Assembly: GCA_963829805.1 (NCBI GenBank) | Contig: CAWHJR010000002.1 | Span: 4,397,418 to 4,461,417 of the forward strand | Source of the DNA: Euzebyaceae bacterium | Lineage (GTDB): Bacteria; Actinomycetota; Nitriliruptoria; Euzebyales; Egibacteraceae | Length of the DNA: 64,000 nt | Direction of reading: 5' to 3' | Part shown: piece by piece, positions 29,547 through 38,020 of the stretch | Layout: each line of letters opens with the position of its first letter | Numbering within the stretch: position 1 is the stretch's first letter | Made by a program: the position numbers and the translations under genes | The notes under the pieces: model-generated | What the model was told of the DNA's origin: nothing | What the model saw: the letters and a program-made list of their open reading frames with translations, nothing else | Databases searched by the model: none

Positions 29547-30311
29547 GTGGTCCTGGAGCTCTTCGACCTCACGGGACGGCTGGCGGTCGTCACCGGGTGT
29601 AGGCGTGGGATCGGGTTCGCGATGGCGACGGCCCTGGCGGAGGCCGGGGCGGACATCGTCGGGGTGAGCGCTCAGCTGGCGACGGGGGACGAGGTGGAGC
29701 AGGCCGTGCGGGCGCAGGGCCGGGCCTTCACCGGGCATCGTGCGGACCTGGCGTCGCGTGCGGAGCAGGACGCGTTGATCCAGGCGCTGGAAGCCGACGG
29801 GCGGCCCGTGGACATCCTGGTCAACAACGCGGGAACCGTGCGGCGCGCACCGTCCGAGGAGCACGGGGACGCCGACTGGGACCACGTGCTGGCGGTGAAC
29901 CTCGACGCACCGTTCCGGCTGGCGCGCGCGTTGGGGCGCGGGATGCTCGAGCGCGGCCGCGGCAAGGTGATCTTCACGGCGTCGGTGCTCAGCTACCAGG
30001 GCGGGTTCATGGTGCCGGGCTACGCCGCCAGCAAGCACGCGCTGGCCGGGGTGACGCAGGCCCTGGCCAACGAATGGGCGTCCCGCGGCGTCAACGTCAA
30101 CGCGATCGCGGCGGGCTACCTCGTCACGTCGGTGACGGACGCGCTGCGCGCCGACCCCGTGCGCTCGCGGCAGATCCTGGAGCGCATCCCGGCGGGCCGC
30201 TGGGGCGAGCCGCGCGACCTGGCGGGGGTCACCGTGTTCCTCGCCTCAGCGGCATCCGACTACGTGCACGGTGCGCTGGTGCCCGTCGACGGCGGCTGGC
30301 TGGGCCGCTAG
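29547..30311 (+). CDS. kduD: SDR family oxidoreductase, 2-dehydro-3-deoxy-D-gluconate 5-dehydrogenase-like
   Basis: GTG 29547 directly follows the upstream TGA. LFDLTGRLAVVTGCRRGIG...ILVNNAG...SYQGG...YAASKHALAGVT...NVNAIAAGY...RIPAGRWGEPRDL...VPVDGGWLGR is colinear with E. coli KduD as I recall it. Confidence 0.72.
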   Translation: MVLELFDLTGRLAVVTGCRRGIGFAMATALAEAGADIVGVSAQLATGDEVEQAVRAQGRAFTGHRADLASRAEQDALIQALEADGRPVDILVNNAGTVRRAPSEEHGDADWDHVLAVNLDAPFRLARALGRGMLERGRGKVIFTASVLSYQGGFMVPGYAASKHALAGVTQALANEWASRGVNVNAIAAGYLVTSVTDALRADPVRSRQILERIPAGRWGEPRDLAGVTVFLASAASDYVHGALVPVDGGWLGR

Positions 30312-30382
30312 ACCCCCTGGGCGCCGACGCGGACCTGCCTTTCTCCGCCCGTGCCGGCCTCCGGCGTGGCAGTCTCCCGGCG

Positions 30383-31606
30383 GTGGAGATCGGGCCCGGC
30401 GAGAACCGGGAGTCGCTGCGCCGGCGGAACCTCTCGACGGTGCTCGAGGCAGTGCACCGCGCGGGGCTGGTGTCGCGGGCCGCGCTCACGACCGCCACGG
30501 GGCTCAACCGCAGCACGGTCGCGGCACTGGTCGCCGACCTGTCCGAGCGCGGCCTGGTCGAGGAGGGCGAGGCCGTCAGCACCGGCACGGTCGGCCGCCC
30601 CTCGCCGGTCGTGCGACCGTCGACCCGGCACGTCGCGGTCCTCGCGGCCGACCTCGAGGTGGCGACCCTGACCGTGGCGGTCGCGGGGCTCGGCGGCCAC
30701 CTCCTGCGCCGGGTCCAGATCGACCGACCCGGGGAGCGTCGCACGGTGGAGGCGACGGTCGAGGACCTCGGCGAACAGGTCGACGCGGCCCTCGAGTGGC
30801 TGGGCGGCAGCCACCAGATCCTCGGCCTGTGCGTCTCGGTCCCGGGTGTCGTGCGCCACGAGGACGGTTTCGTCCACGTGGCGCCCAACGTCGACTGGGC
30901 GGACGTGCCGCTGGGCGACCTCATGCGCGCCCGCGTGGGCGGCGACATGCCGGTGACCTTGGGCAACGACGCCGACCTGGGCGCGCTGGCCGAGCACGTC
31001 CGCGGGGCCGGGGTGGGCGTTGATCACCTCGTCTACATCGCCAGCGAGATCGGCGTTGGCGGGGGCATCATCGTCGACGGGCGGCCGCTAGCCGGGGCAG
31101 CGGGCTACGCCGGCGAGATCGGCCACATCTGCGTGGACCGGTGGGGCGCGGAGTGCCACTGCGGCGCACGCGGCTGCCTGGAGGCCGAGACCGGCGAGTG
31201 GGCGCTGCTGCGCCTCATGGGACGCTCCGCCGAGCGCGAGCGCGAGGCCGCCGAGGAGGTCCTGCGCGAGGCCGCCGACGCGTCGGGCCAGGCGCTGGAC
31301 GCGCTCGACACGATCGGCGGGCACCTGGGCGTGGCGCTCGCCGACCTCATCAACGTGCTCAACCCTCACCGCGTGGTGCTGGGCGGGTTCTTCGCCCGCG
31401 CGTTCCCCTATCTCGAGGCCGCGGTCTGGCGCTACCTCAACGTCCACGCCCAGCGCCCCAGCCGGCAGCTGGTCTCGGTGGTGCCGGCGACGCTCGGCGA
31501 GGACTCGACGCTCCTCGGCGCGGTCGAGCTCGCCCTGGCGCCGCTGCTGGCCGACCCCACGATCGTCGCGCCCCTCGAGGAGGTGGACGGCCTCCCGACG
31601 CGGTGA
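30383..31606 (+). CDS. ROK family transcriptional regulator
   Basis: Tail of track ORF 30074..31606 from GTG 30383. N-terminal wHTH (NRESLRRRNLSTVLEAVHRAGLVSRAALTTATGLNRSTVAALVADL). ROK sugar-kinase-like domain with GHICVDRWGAECHCGARGCLE (Zn motif). Confidence 0.82.
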   Translation: MEIGPGENRESLRRRNLSTVLEAVHRAGLVSRAALTTATGLNRSTVAALVADLSERGLVEEGEAVSTGTVGRPSPVVRPSTRHVAVLAADLEVATLTVAVAGLGGHLLRRVQIDRPGERRTVEATVEDLGEQVDAALEWLGGSHQILGLCVSVPGVVRHEDGFVHVAPNVDWADVPLGDLMRARVGGDMPVTLGNDADLGALAEHVRGAGVGVDHLVYIASEIGVGGGIIVDGRPLAGAAGYAGEIGHICVDRWGAECHCGARGCLEAETGEWALLRLMGRSAEREREAAEEVLREAADASGQALDALDTIGGHLGVALADLINVLNPHRVVLGGFFARAFPYLEAAVWRYLNVHAQRPSRQLVSVVPATLGEDSTLLGAVELALAPLLADPTIVAPLEEVDGLPTR

Positions 31607-31627
31607 CGCTGCGGTGGGACGGTGGCC

Positions 31628-32074
31628 TCAGGCGTTGGTCACGCGGTCGAGCGCCTCAAGGAACGAACTCGGGCCGAGGGTCGTCGCCCCCAGCGCCTCG
31701 ACCCGCGTGCGGAGGTCGCGGTCTGCGGTCACCACGCGCATCCCGGCTCCGCCGCGCTCGGCGACCAGCTCGACGATGCGGTCGTCGGCCGCGTTGGGAC
31801 CGCGTCGTGGGGCGTAGCGGACGACGACGCCCTCGTCCTCGCCCTCGGGCAGGTCGGGGAGGGGGCGGCCGTCGATCACGACCGTGAGCGGCGAAGCGGA
31901 GGCGACCGCGTAGACGCGCAGCCGTTCCACGAGCGCGCGGATCGCCCCCTGCCGGTCGCGCCACCAGCCGTCGGGGCGCGAGCCGATGACGTTGAGCGCG
32001 TCGACGATCAGCCCGGCGGCCGTGGGATCAGGCGCGGCGGTGCTCCCACCCGTCGCGCTCGCGCACGGCGGCAA
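31628..32074 (-). CDS. NYN domain (YacP-like) protein
   Basis: LIVDALNVIGSRPDGWWRDRQGA...LTVVIDGRP...ADDRIVELV...VVTADRDLR. The start is uncertain; it overlaps the upstream small ORF by 47 nt. Confidence 0.7.
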   Translation of the reverse strand: MPPCASATGGSTAAPDPTAAGLIVDALNVIGSRPDGWWRDRQGAIRALVERLRVYAVASASPLTVVIDGRPLPDLPEGEDEGVVVRYAPRRGPNAADDRIVELVAERGGAGMRVVTADRDLRTRVEALGATTLGPSSFLEALDRVTNA

Positions 32075-32210
32075 CGTGGTGTTCCGGGCACGTGGCGGCC
32101 TGGGTGAGCACCACGCTGGCGTCAGCGGGGACGAGGAGGTCGAACGTGTGACCGGTCTCCAGGCACCGGAAGGTGCAGAGACTCGGGCCGGCGGCAGTGA
32201 CGTCGGTCAT
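32028..32210 (-). CDS. small Cys/His-containing hypothetical protein (60 aa)
   Basis: ATG 32210. CTFRC...CPEHH suggests a small metal-binding fold. No family recognised. Confidence 0.35.
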   Translation of the reverse strand: MTDVTAAGPSLCTFRCLETGHTFDLLVPADASVVLTQAATCPEHHVAAVRERDGWEHRRA

Positions 32211-32251
32211 GGTGGTGAGAGGGGGTGTGTCGGCGAAGCGTTCGCGTCCAA

Positions 32252-32282
32252 ATGATAGCCGATAAGTTGCCTGTCACGACAA
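32252..32282 (-). promoter_or_regulatory. possible sigma70-type promoter (-35 TTGTCG, 19 nt spacer, -10 TATCAT)
   Basis: Read on the minus strand in a locally AT-richer spacer, about 40 nt upstream of ATG 32210. The spacer is longer than optimal. Confidence 0.2.
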
Positions 32283-32455
32283 TCCTGGGCTCCTTCTAGG
32301 ATCGCACCTGCGGGCCGCAGACGGCCGGAGGCGCCGCGGTGGCTGTGGACGACCGCGCGCCGCCCGGAAAGCAACATCGCCGACCTCGACGCCGAAGCCC
32401 TCGCGGCCGCGGTCCACACCGTCTGGTCCCAATCCTGAAGCGACAGCCGTGTCGT

Positions 32456-32854
32456 TCAGGTGTGCACGACGTGCACGGTCGCCTCGATCGGCACCCGCAA
32501 CGCCTGCGAGACCGTGCAGCTGCGCTCCGCCAGGCGGACGATCGTGTCCGCGTCCTCCTGACCGACGGCGCCGTGCAGCGTGACGTCGAGGAAGATCCTT
32601 GAGATCACCCCCCGCGAGAACTGCAGCGTCCCCTCGATCACGATGCGCTCCACAGGTTTGCGCCGCTTCGCCGCGATCGCGTGCGCCGTGGTGATCTGAC
32701 AGGCCCCGAGCGCAGCCAGCAGCAGCTCGGTGGCCATCGGCGCGGTGTCCTCCCCCTTGGGCGCCGGCTTGTCCTGGGCGATCACATGCCCGCGCGCGAG
32801 CGCCCGCGTGGAGTGCTCCGTCACCGACTCGATCCGCACCCGCTCCTCGTCCAC
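32456..32854 (-). CDS. OsmC family peroxiredoxin-like protein
   Basis: Tail of track ORF 32456..33028 from GTG 32854. ...ELLLAALGACQITTAH...RLAERSCTVSQAL carries the two conserved OsmC Cys. Confidence 0.75.
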   Translation of the reverse strand: MDEERVRIESVTEHSTRALARGHVIAQDKPAPKGEDTAPMATELLLAALGACQITTAHAIAAKRRKPVERIVIEGTLQFSRGVISRIFLDVTLHGAVGQEDADTIVRLAERSCTVSQALRVPIEATVHVVHT

Positions 32855-32924
32855 ACCGGTGACGCTAGCGCTTGGCCGCCGTTGGGCCGGGCCGGCACCC
32901 CCGTTCGGTACTACAGTCCGTTTC

Positions 32925-34589
32925 GTGGATGGCCTCACGGCGACGACGCCGCTGATCGAGCGCATCCGCACGTCGGTGATCGGTGACGACGCGGCGGTCC
33001 CGGGCCCCTTCGGGCCGCGGCGCATCACCTACCTCGACACCACAGCCTCGGCACGGGCGCTGGGATTCATCGAGGACCGCATCCGCCAGGCGGTGCTGCC
33101 GACCTACGCCAACACCCACACGGAGTCCTCCGCGACGGGGCTGCAGACCATGCACCTGCGCGAGGAGGCCCGCGAGCTGATCCGCGCGGCGCTGGGCGCC
33201 GGTGACGAGCACGCCGTCGTGTTCGCGGGCTCGGGTGCCACAGGGGCCATCGACCGTCTCATCCGCGTCCTGGGCCTCAGCGTCCCGGCCGAGCTGGACG
33301 ACCGCTACGCGCTGACCGAGCGCATCCCCGCCGACGAGCGCCCCGTGGTCCTGGTCGGCCCCTACGAGCACCACAGCAACGAGCTCCCCTGGCGCGAGTC
33401 CATCGCCGAGGTCGTCGCCATCAGCGAGGACGGCGACGGCCGCATCGATCTCGCCGCGCTCAAGGACGCGCTGCAGGCCACCGCGGGACGCTCGCTGCGG
33501 ATCGGCGCGTTCTCCGCCGCGTCCAACGTCACCGGAATCGTGTCCGACGTCGCCGCCGTGTCGCGACTGGTGCACGAGCACGGCGGCCTGGTCTTCTGGG
33601 ACTGCGCCGCGGCCGGACCCCACGCGCCGCTCAGCCTGCGCCCCCCGCCGGGCGACCCGCTCGCCTACCCCGACGCCGTCTTCCTCTCACCCCACAAGTT
33701 CGTCGGCGGCCCGCAGACGCCCGGCGTCCTCGTCGCCCGCCGCGAGCTGTTCACCAACCGCGTCCCGGCAGTCCCCGGCGGCGGCACCGTGCGCTACGTC
33801 AGCAGCACCCACCACGACTACCTCGACGAGATCGAGGCGCGCGAGGAGGGCGGCACCCCGGCCATCGTCGAGTCCATCCGCGCCGGCCTCGTGTTCCAGC
33901 TCCGCGACCAGGTCGGCGTCCACCGCATCCACGCCCGCGAGCGCAACTTCGTCGCCCGCGCCATGGACGCCTTCGACCGTCACGACCACATCCGCATCCT
34001 CGGCAGCCGCACGGCCGAGCGCATCGCGATCGTGTCGTTCGTCGTGCTCCACGGCCAGCAGCGCCTGCACCACAACTTCGTGGTCGCGCTCCTCAACGAC
34101 CTGTTCGGGATCCAGGCGCGCGGCGGGTGCTCCTGCGCCGGCCCCTACGGCCACCGCCTGCTCGGCGTCGACGACGACCTGTCCCTCGCCTACGAGAGCG
34201 CCACGATGGACGGCTGGGAGGGCGTCAAGCCCGGCTGGGTGCGGGTGAGCTTCCCCTTCTACCTGTCCGAGGCGAGCTTCGCGTTCGCCCTGGAGGCGAT
34301 CACGCTCATCGCCGACGAGGGCTGGCGGCTGCTGCCCGCCTACCGCTTCGACCCGGCCACGGGCCTGTGGCGGCACCGCGACGCCGTGGCCGCACCGCTC
34401 TCGCTGGCCGACCTCGGCTGCGATCGCGAGCTGCCCGTGGTGCCCAGCGAACCCGAGGAGCGGCTGGCCGCCTACCTCGACGAGGCCCGCGGCGTGTTGA
34501 CCCGCCCGCAACCCGAGGCCGTGCCCGCCATCGCGTTTCCTCCCGCCGTCGAGCGCCTGCGCTGGTTCCCGCTCCCCACCGGCGCCTGA
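32925..34589 (+). CDS. aminotransferase class V-fold PLP-dependent enzyme (cysteine desulfurase-like)
   Basis: Tail of track ORF 32730..34589 from GTG 32925. ...ITYLDTTASARAL...YANTHTESS...FSAASNVTG...FLSPHKFVGGPQTPGVL (PLP Lys). Confidence 0.78.
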   Translation: MDGLTATTPLIERIRTSVIGDDAAVPGPFGPRRITYLDTTASARALGFIEDRIRQAVLPTYANTHTESSATGLQTMHLREEARELIRAALGAGDEHAVVFAGSGATGAIDRLIRVLGLSVPAELDDRYALTERIPADERPVVLVGPYEHHSNELPWRESIAEVVAISEDGDGRIDLAALKDALQATAGRSLRIGAFSAASNVTGIVSDVAAVSRLVHEHGGLVFWDCAAAGPHAPLSLRPPPGDPLAYPDAVFLSPHKFVGGPQTPGVLVARRELFTNRVPAVPGGGTVRYVSSTHHDYLDEIEAREEGGTPAIVESIRAGLVFQLRDQVGVHRIHARERNFVARAMDAFDRHDHIRILGSRTAERIAIVSFVVLHGQQRLHHNFVVALLNDLFGIQARGGCSCAGPYGHRLLGVDDDLSLAYESATMDGWEGVKPGWVRVSFPFYLSEASFAFALEAITLIADEGWRLLPAYRFDPATGLWRHRDAVAAPLSLADLGCDRELPVVPSEPEERLAAYLDEARGVLTRPQPEAVPAIAFPPAVERLRWFPLPTGA

Positions 34590-34599
34590 CTGCGGGGGC

Positions 34600-35349
34600 T
34601 CAGCTCCAGCCTGAGGGAGGCGGTTGCGCGCCGTACCCCGGCGGGGGCGGGGGCGTGCCGTACTGCGGCGGGGGCGGGGGCGTGCCGTACTGCGGCGGAG
34701 GCGGCGGCGCGCCGTACTGCGGCGCAGCTCCGTACGGCTCGGGCGGCGCGCCGTAGGGCGGCGGCCCACTGTACGGCGGCGGCGCGCCGTACCCGACTGG
34801 TGCCCGGCGGCGCCGGCTGCGAAGGATGATCGTGACGACCAGCACCACGATCGCCGCGATGCCGCAGAAGACCCCGAGCAGGATCCCCAGGACCCCGGCG
34901 CCGATCGTGCCGAAGCCCAGCGGCGGCCCGACGAACACCGTGTTGGCGAACTGCTCCGGGCAGGACACGGTGTAGGTCCCGGCCTGGTCGACCGTGAACT
35001 CCGTGTCGACGACGTAGGAGCGACCGTTGACGCTGAGCGTGCTGGTGGACGACGGGCGCGTGTGGCTCACCGCGCCGGGCCCGCTGATGTCGCACGCCGC
35101 GGTGGCCCCTGACGCGAACCCGCCGCTGACCCAGAGCGCCTGGGTCTCACCGACCTCGACCGCGACATCGAGCTCGCCGCCGACCAGCGGTTCGGGCTCG
35201 TCGAACGCGGCCGAGAACCCGCTGATCGCCCAGATGATCCCGCCGATCGCGATGAGGAACAGCACCCCGGCGACGATGTACCCGACAGGCTTGCCGGACT
35301 CCTGTCCCCCGTCGGCCAGCGGCGGCCCGCCCGTCGTGTACCCGCTCAT
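34600..35349 (-). CDS. membrane protein with C-terminal Pro/Tyr/Gly-rich repeats
   Basis: ATG 35349 (ATGA overlap with the upstream stop). Two predicted TM segments (GYIVAGVLFLIAIGGIIWAI; GAGVLGILLGVFCGIAAIVVLVVTIIL). Tail ...PPPPPQYGTPPPPPQYGTPPPPPGYG. Confidence 0.65.
   Translation of the reverse strand: MSGYTTGGPPLADGGQESGKPVGYIVAGVLFLIAIGGIIWAISGFSAAFDEPEPLVGGELDVAVEVGETQALWVSGGFASGATAACDISGPGAVSHTRPSSTSTLSVNGRSYVVDTEFTVDQAGTYTVSCPEQFANTVFVGPPLGFGTIGAGVLGILLGVFCGIAAIVVLVVTIILRSRRRRAPVGYGAPPPYSGPPPYGAPPEPYGAAPQYGAPPPPPQYGTPPPPPQYGTPPPPPGYGAQPPPSGWS
34641..34721 (-). repeat. 27-bp tandem repeat, 3 units (2 identical, 1 diverged), encoding PPPPPQYGT-type repeats
   Basis: gcgggggcgggggcgtgccgtactgcg occurs at 34641 and 34668. 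A diverged copy lies at 34695. Degenerate copies continue to about 34795. Confidence 0.85.
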
Positions 35350-35780
35350 GACGCCTCCTTGACGATGCCCCACGTCTCGGCGTCGACGCCCGAGCAGCGG
35401 TCCTCGACATAGTCGATCCCGGCCTCCTCCGCCAGCGCGCGAGCCTCGCCCGAGGTGATCCCCAGCTGCAGCCACACCCCCCGCGCCCCCCGCGCGATGG
35501 CCTGCCGCGTCACGTCCGCCGCCTCCGCCGACGGCCGGAAGACCACGACCAGATCCGGCTCCTCCGGCAGGTCCGCGAGCCGCCGGTACACCCGCTCCCC
35601 CAGGATCTCCTCGGCATGCGGGTTGACCGGCACGATCCGGTAGCCCATGTCCTGCAGCCACGCCGGCACGTGGTGCGAGGGCTTGTACGGATGCGTCGAG
35701 CACCCCACCACCGCCACCGTCACCGCCCGCTCCAGCACCGCCCGCGGGTCGCTCGCCACGCCGCCCTCTCCATCCGTCAC
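35346..35780 (-). CDS. CoA-binding domain protein
   Basis: GTG 35780; longer starts would overlap the tRNA. ...VAVVGCSTHPYKPSHHVPAWLQDMGYRIVPVNP...VVVFRP...GVWLQLG. Confidence 0.75.
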   Translation of the reverse strand: MTDGEGGVASDPRAVLERAVTVAVVGCSTHPYKPSHHVPAWLQDMGYRIVPVNPHAEEILGERVYRRLADLPEEPDLVVVFRPSAEAADVTRQAIARGARGVWLQLGITSGEARALAEEAGIDYVEDRCSGVDAETWGIVKEAS

Positions 35781-35812
35781 ACCCCCAGTCTGCGCTATCC
35801 TCGGCCGCTCCC

Positions 35813-35884
35813 GGGCGATTAGCTCAGGGGGAGAGCGCTTCCTTGACACGGAAGAGGTCGGAGGTTCAAATCCTCCATCGCCCA
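35813..35884 (+). tRNA. tRNA-Val (anticodon GAC)
   Basis: Hand-folded cloverleaf. Acceptor GGGCGAT/ATCGCCC, D arm GCTC-AGGGGGA-GAGC, anticodon arm CTTCC-TTGACAC-GGAAG, variable loop AGGTC, T arm GGAGG-TTCAAAT-CCTCC, discriminator A. CCA is not encoded. Confidence 0.9.
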
Positions 35885-36249
35885 CCGGGGTTTTCGCAGG
35901 TCATCCCTGAAGGAACGGGTGTTTCAAGCGCGGGTTTGGGTTGAAGTTCGGGGCGGGCGACATGCGGGACGCGCGCTCGGCTAGGGGCGGGGGCGCGTGC
36001 GAGCAAGGGATGTGGGGTGTTGGAGGGGGGAGGGCGAACCGGCGGTGATCCTGGTGTTGGACGGGGTGCGGTGGGGGCAGCTCCAGTGACGTGGTGTGCA
36101 AGGGGCAGGCCGTGGGGTTCGGTGCCGGTCATCCCTTCGCCGCGCGGGGCGGCATGGAGCTGATGCGGCAGCAGCCGGGACGGGCTCAAACAGACGCTCG
36201 GCCGCGCCTGGGTTGCCGTAGTCCTGGCGCGCCAGGCGCCGCCCAGGTC

Positions 36250-36630
36250 ATCGAGGTGCGCCAAGCTGCCGCGGTCTGCTTCGTCGGGCCCGTCGCTCAC
36301 GTAGGCGATTCGCAGGTCGCGGCGCGCATCGGCGGTTGTGCCCATGACGGCCTCGTGGTAGCGCAGCTCGCGGGCGGCGCTGACGCCGCCCTCGTAGAAC
36401 CTGCACGCCACTTCGAGGCTGTCGACCGCGAACTGCCAGTCCGCGCGCGGGGCGCATTCACCGAGCAGCGCGCCCGGCTTCTCGACGTGCTCCGCCCACT
36501 GGCGCCCCAGCACTGGGCGCGCGCGGCAACCGTGACCGGGGCGGGCAAGCCGCTCGTCCGCTCCGTGCACGGGTACGCGCAGTGACGCAACCCACGAGCG
36601 CCCGCACGTCAAGCAGATCGGCCGTGCCAT
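36250..36630 (-). CDS. hypothetical protein fragment, boundaries uncertain
   Basis: Part of track ORF 35866..36807. The segment ...QWAEHVEKPGALLGECAPRADWQFAVDSLEVACRFYEGGVSAARELRYHEAVMG...HLDDLGGAWRA has about 89% GC3 and normal composition. Downstream the composition degrades, and the frame stays open into the tRNA on the opposite strand. Confidence 0.25.
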
Positions 36631-36677
36631 GGAGCCGGTGCGGGGGTAGGACTGCACCGGACGAGAAGGAGGACCGC

Positions 36678-36803
36678 ATGGCCACAGACCCCACGCGAGA
36701 CGACGACCCCCTCGAAGACGAGGACCCTGAGGACGGGCAGGAGGACGAGCCCGTCGTGACCGGCGGCGTCGTCGGAGGCGAGCAGGACCCCGCCGACCTC
36801 TGA
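36678..36803 (+). CDS. small highly acidic protein (41 aa)
   Basis: ATG 36678 lies 5 nt after GAAGGAGGA. MATDPTRDDDPLEDEDPEDGQEDEPVVTGGVVGGEQDPADL; 36 of 41 codons end in G/C. Confidence 0.45.
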   Translation: MATDPTRDDDPLEDEDPEDGQEDEPVVTGGVVGGEQDPADL

Positions 36804-36829
36804 ACAATCCGCCGCGGCTCAGCGGCCAC

Positions 36830-37035
36830 GTCCTGGCTACCTGGGCGACGAGGGCGTCCCTGACAGAAGTCGCTGAGCTGCTGGCCGCCGGGCCCGGCCG
36901 GTCCGCGGGCTCGCGGACACGCTGCCGGTGAGCCGGCCGGCGGTGTCACAGCAGCTGAAGGTGACAACGGGCTGGTCGTGGACCAACCCGAGGGCACGCG
37001 CCGGATCCACCGTCAAACGGGTGGCAACCGCCACC
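36830..37035 (+). pseudogene. ArsR/SmtB-type HTH regulator remnant (broken frames, truncated)
   Basis: SLTEVAELLAAGP | VRGLADTLPVSRPAVSQQLKV | DNGLVVDQPEGTRRIHR lie in three different frames. There is no normal C-terminus, and the remnant runs into the hydrolase ORF. Confidence 0.45.
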
Positions 37036-37056
37036 GTGTCCTCTAGCGAGGTCGCT

Positions 37057-37767
37057 GTGACGGTGCCGCTGCTGCTGCTCCACGGGCTGGGCGCCAGCGC
37101 CGCGGTGTGGGACCCCCTCCTGGCCACGGGGTCCTGGGACGACGGTCCGGTGCTCGTGCGCGACCTGCCAGGCCACGGCGGCGCGGCCCACACGCCGCCG
37201 TACTCGTTCGGGTCGTTCGCCGCGGCGGCCGCGTCGGGGCTGGAGCCGGGTTCGCATCCCGTGGTGCTCGGCCACTCGCTCGGCGGGGTGATCGGCCTGG
37301 CGCTGGCGTCCGGCTGGTTCGGCGTGCAGCCGCGGCTGGTCGTCGCCGTGGGGGTCAAGGTCGCGTGGAGCCCCGAGGACCTCGCCGGAGCGCGCGCCCT
37401 CGGGGAGCGCCCACCGCGCGTGCTCCCCGACCGCGACGCCGCGCTCGCCTGGGCGTGCCGCCTCGCCGGCCTGTCACAGGCGCCGGAAGGTTTCGCCGGC
37501 ACCGCCGTCCAGGAGCTGCCGGACGGCACATGGACCGCCACGTGGGACCCCCGTACCGCCCTGGTGGGCGCGCCGCCGCTGCCGCACCTGCTCACGGCCG
37601 CCCGCTGCCGGGCGCTCCTAGCCTGCGGCGAGCACGACCACATGGTCGACGTCACCCAGCTGCGCGCGCTGCAACCGGAAGCCGTCTCGCTCACCGGTCT
37701 CCCTCACAACGCCCACGTCGAAGGACCGCGCGCGATCTGGGAGCTGCTCACCGCGGCGGGGCGCTGA
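37057..37767 (+). CDS. alpha/beta hydrolase
   Basis: Tail of track ORF 36928..37767 from GTG 37057. VTVPLLLLHGLGAS...LPGHGGA...VLGHSLGGVIGL...GEHDHMV...PHNAHVE. Confidence 0.75.
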   Translation: MTVPLLLLHGLGASAAVWDPLLATGSWDDGPVLVRDLPGHGGAAHTPPYSFGSFAAAAASGLEPGSHPVVLGHSLGGVIGLALASGWFGVQPRLVVAVGVKVAWSPEDLAGARALGERPPRVLPDRDAALAWACRLAGLSQAPEGFAGTAVQELPDGTWTATWDPRTALVGAPPLPHLLTAARCRALLACGEHDHMVDVTQLRALQPEAVSLTGLPHNAHVEGPRAIWELLTAAGR

Positions 37768-37977
37768 GCCCAAACGCGCACATTTGACAACCAGTTACCA
37801 ATCCATGCACCGTGTCACAGCTAAAGGGTATTAACAATTACAGCTGCCAAAGCGGTGACAGTGGTTCGCCTGCTTGGTTTGGGCCGTCCGGGCAAGCGGA
37901 GGGAATGGTCATATCTTGCGTCAGCGGGCGTACCGGGGTCGTCGACCGCCGCCGCTCTGCTTGCTGGCCAACGTCCC

Positions 37978-38004
37978 ATCCGGCCCCGCGAGGCGGGGCC
38001 GGAT
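37978..38004. terminator. perfect 12-bp GC-rich hairpin between convergent genes
   Basis: ATCCGGCCCCGC-gag-GCGGGGCCGGAT, 17 nt beyond the stop of the minus-strand gene at 38021. There is no clear U-tract, which is common in high-GC actinobacteria. Confidence 0.4.
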
Positions 38005-38020
38005 CGGGTTGGTGTCGCTG

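Noticed and set aside
36091-36585. Plus-strand 164-aa ORF with a DinB-like-looking tail (…HERPHVKQI in the next frame)
   Set aside because: It is codon-aligned antisense to the minus-strand ORF. Over 56 hand-counted codons its GC3 is about 73%, versus about 89% for the minus frame. Its composition is Ala/Arg/Gly/Val-biased, and the spacing of the putative DinB motifs is far too short.
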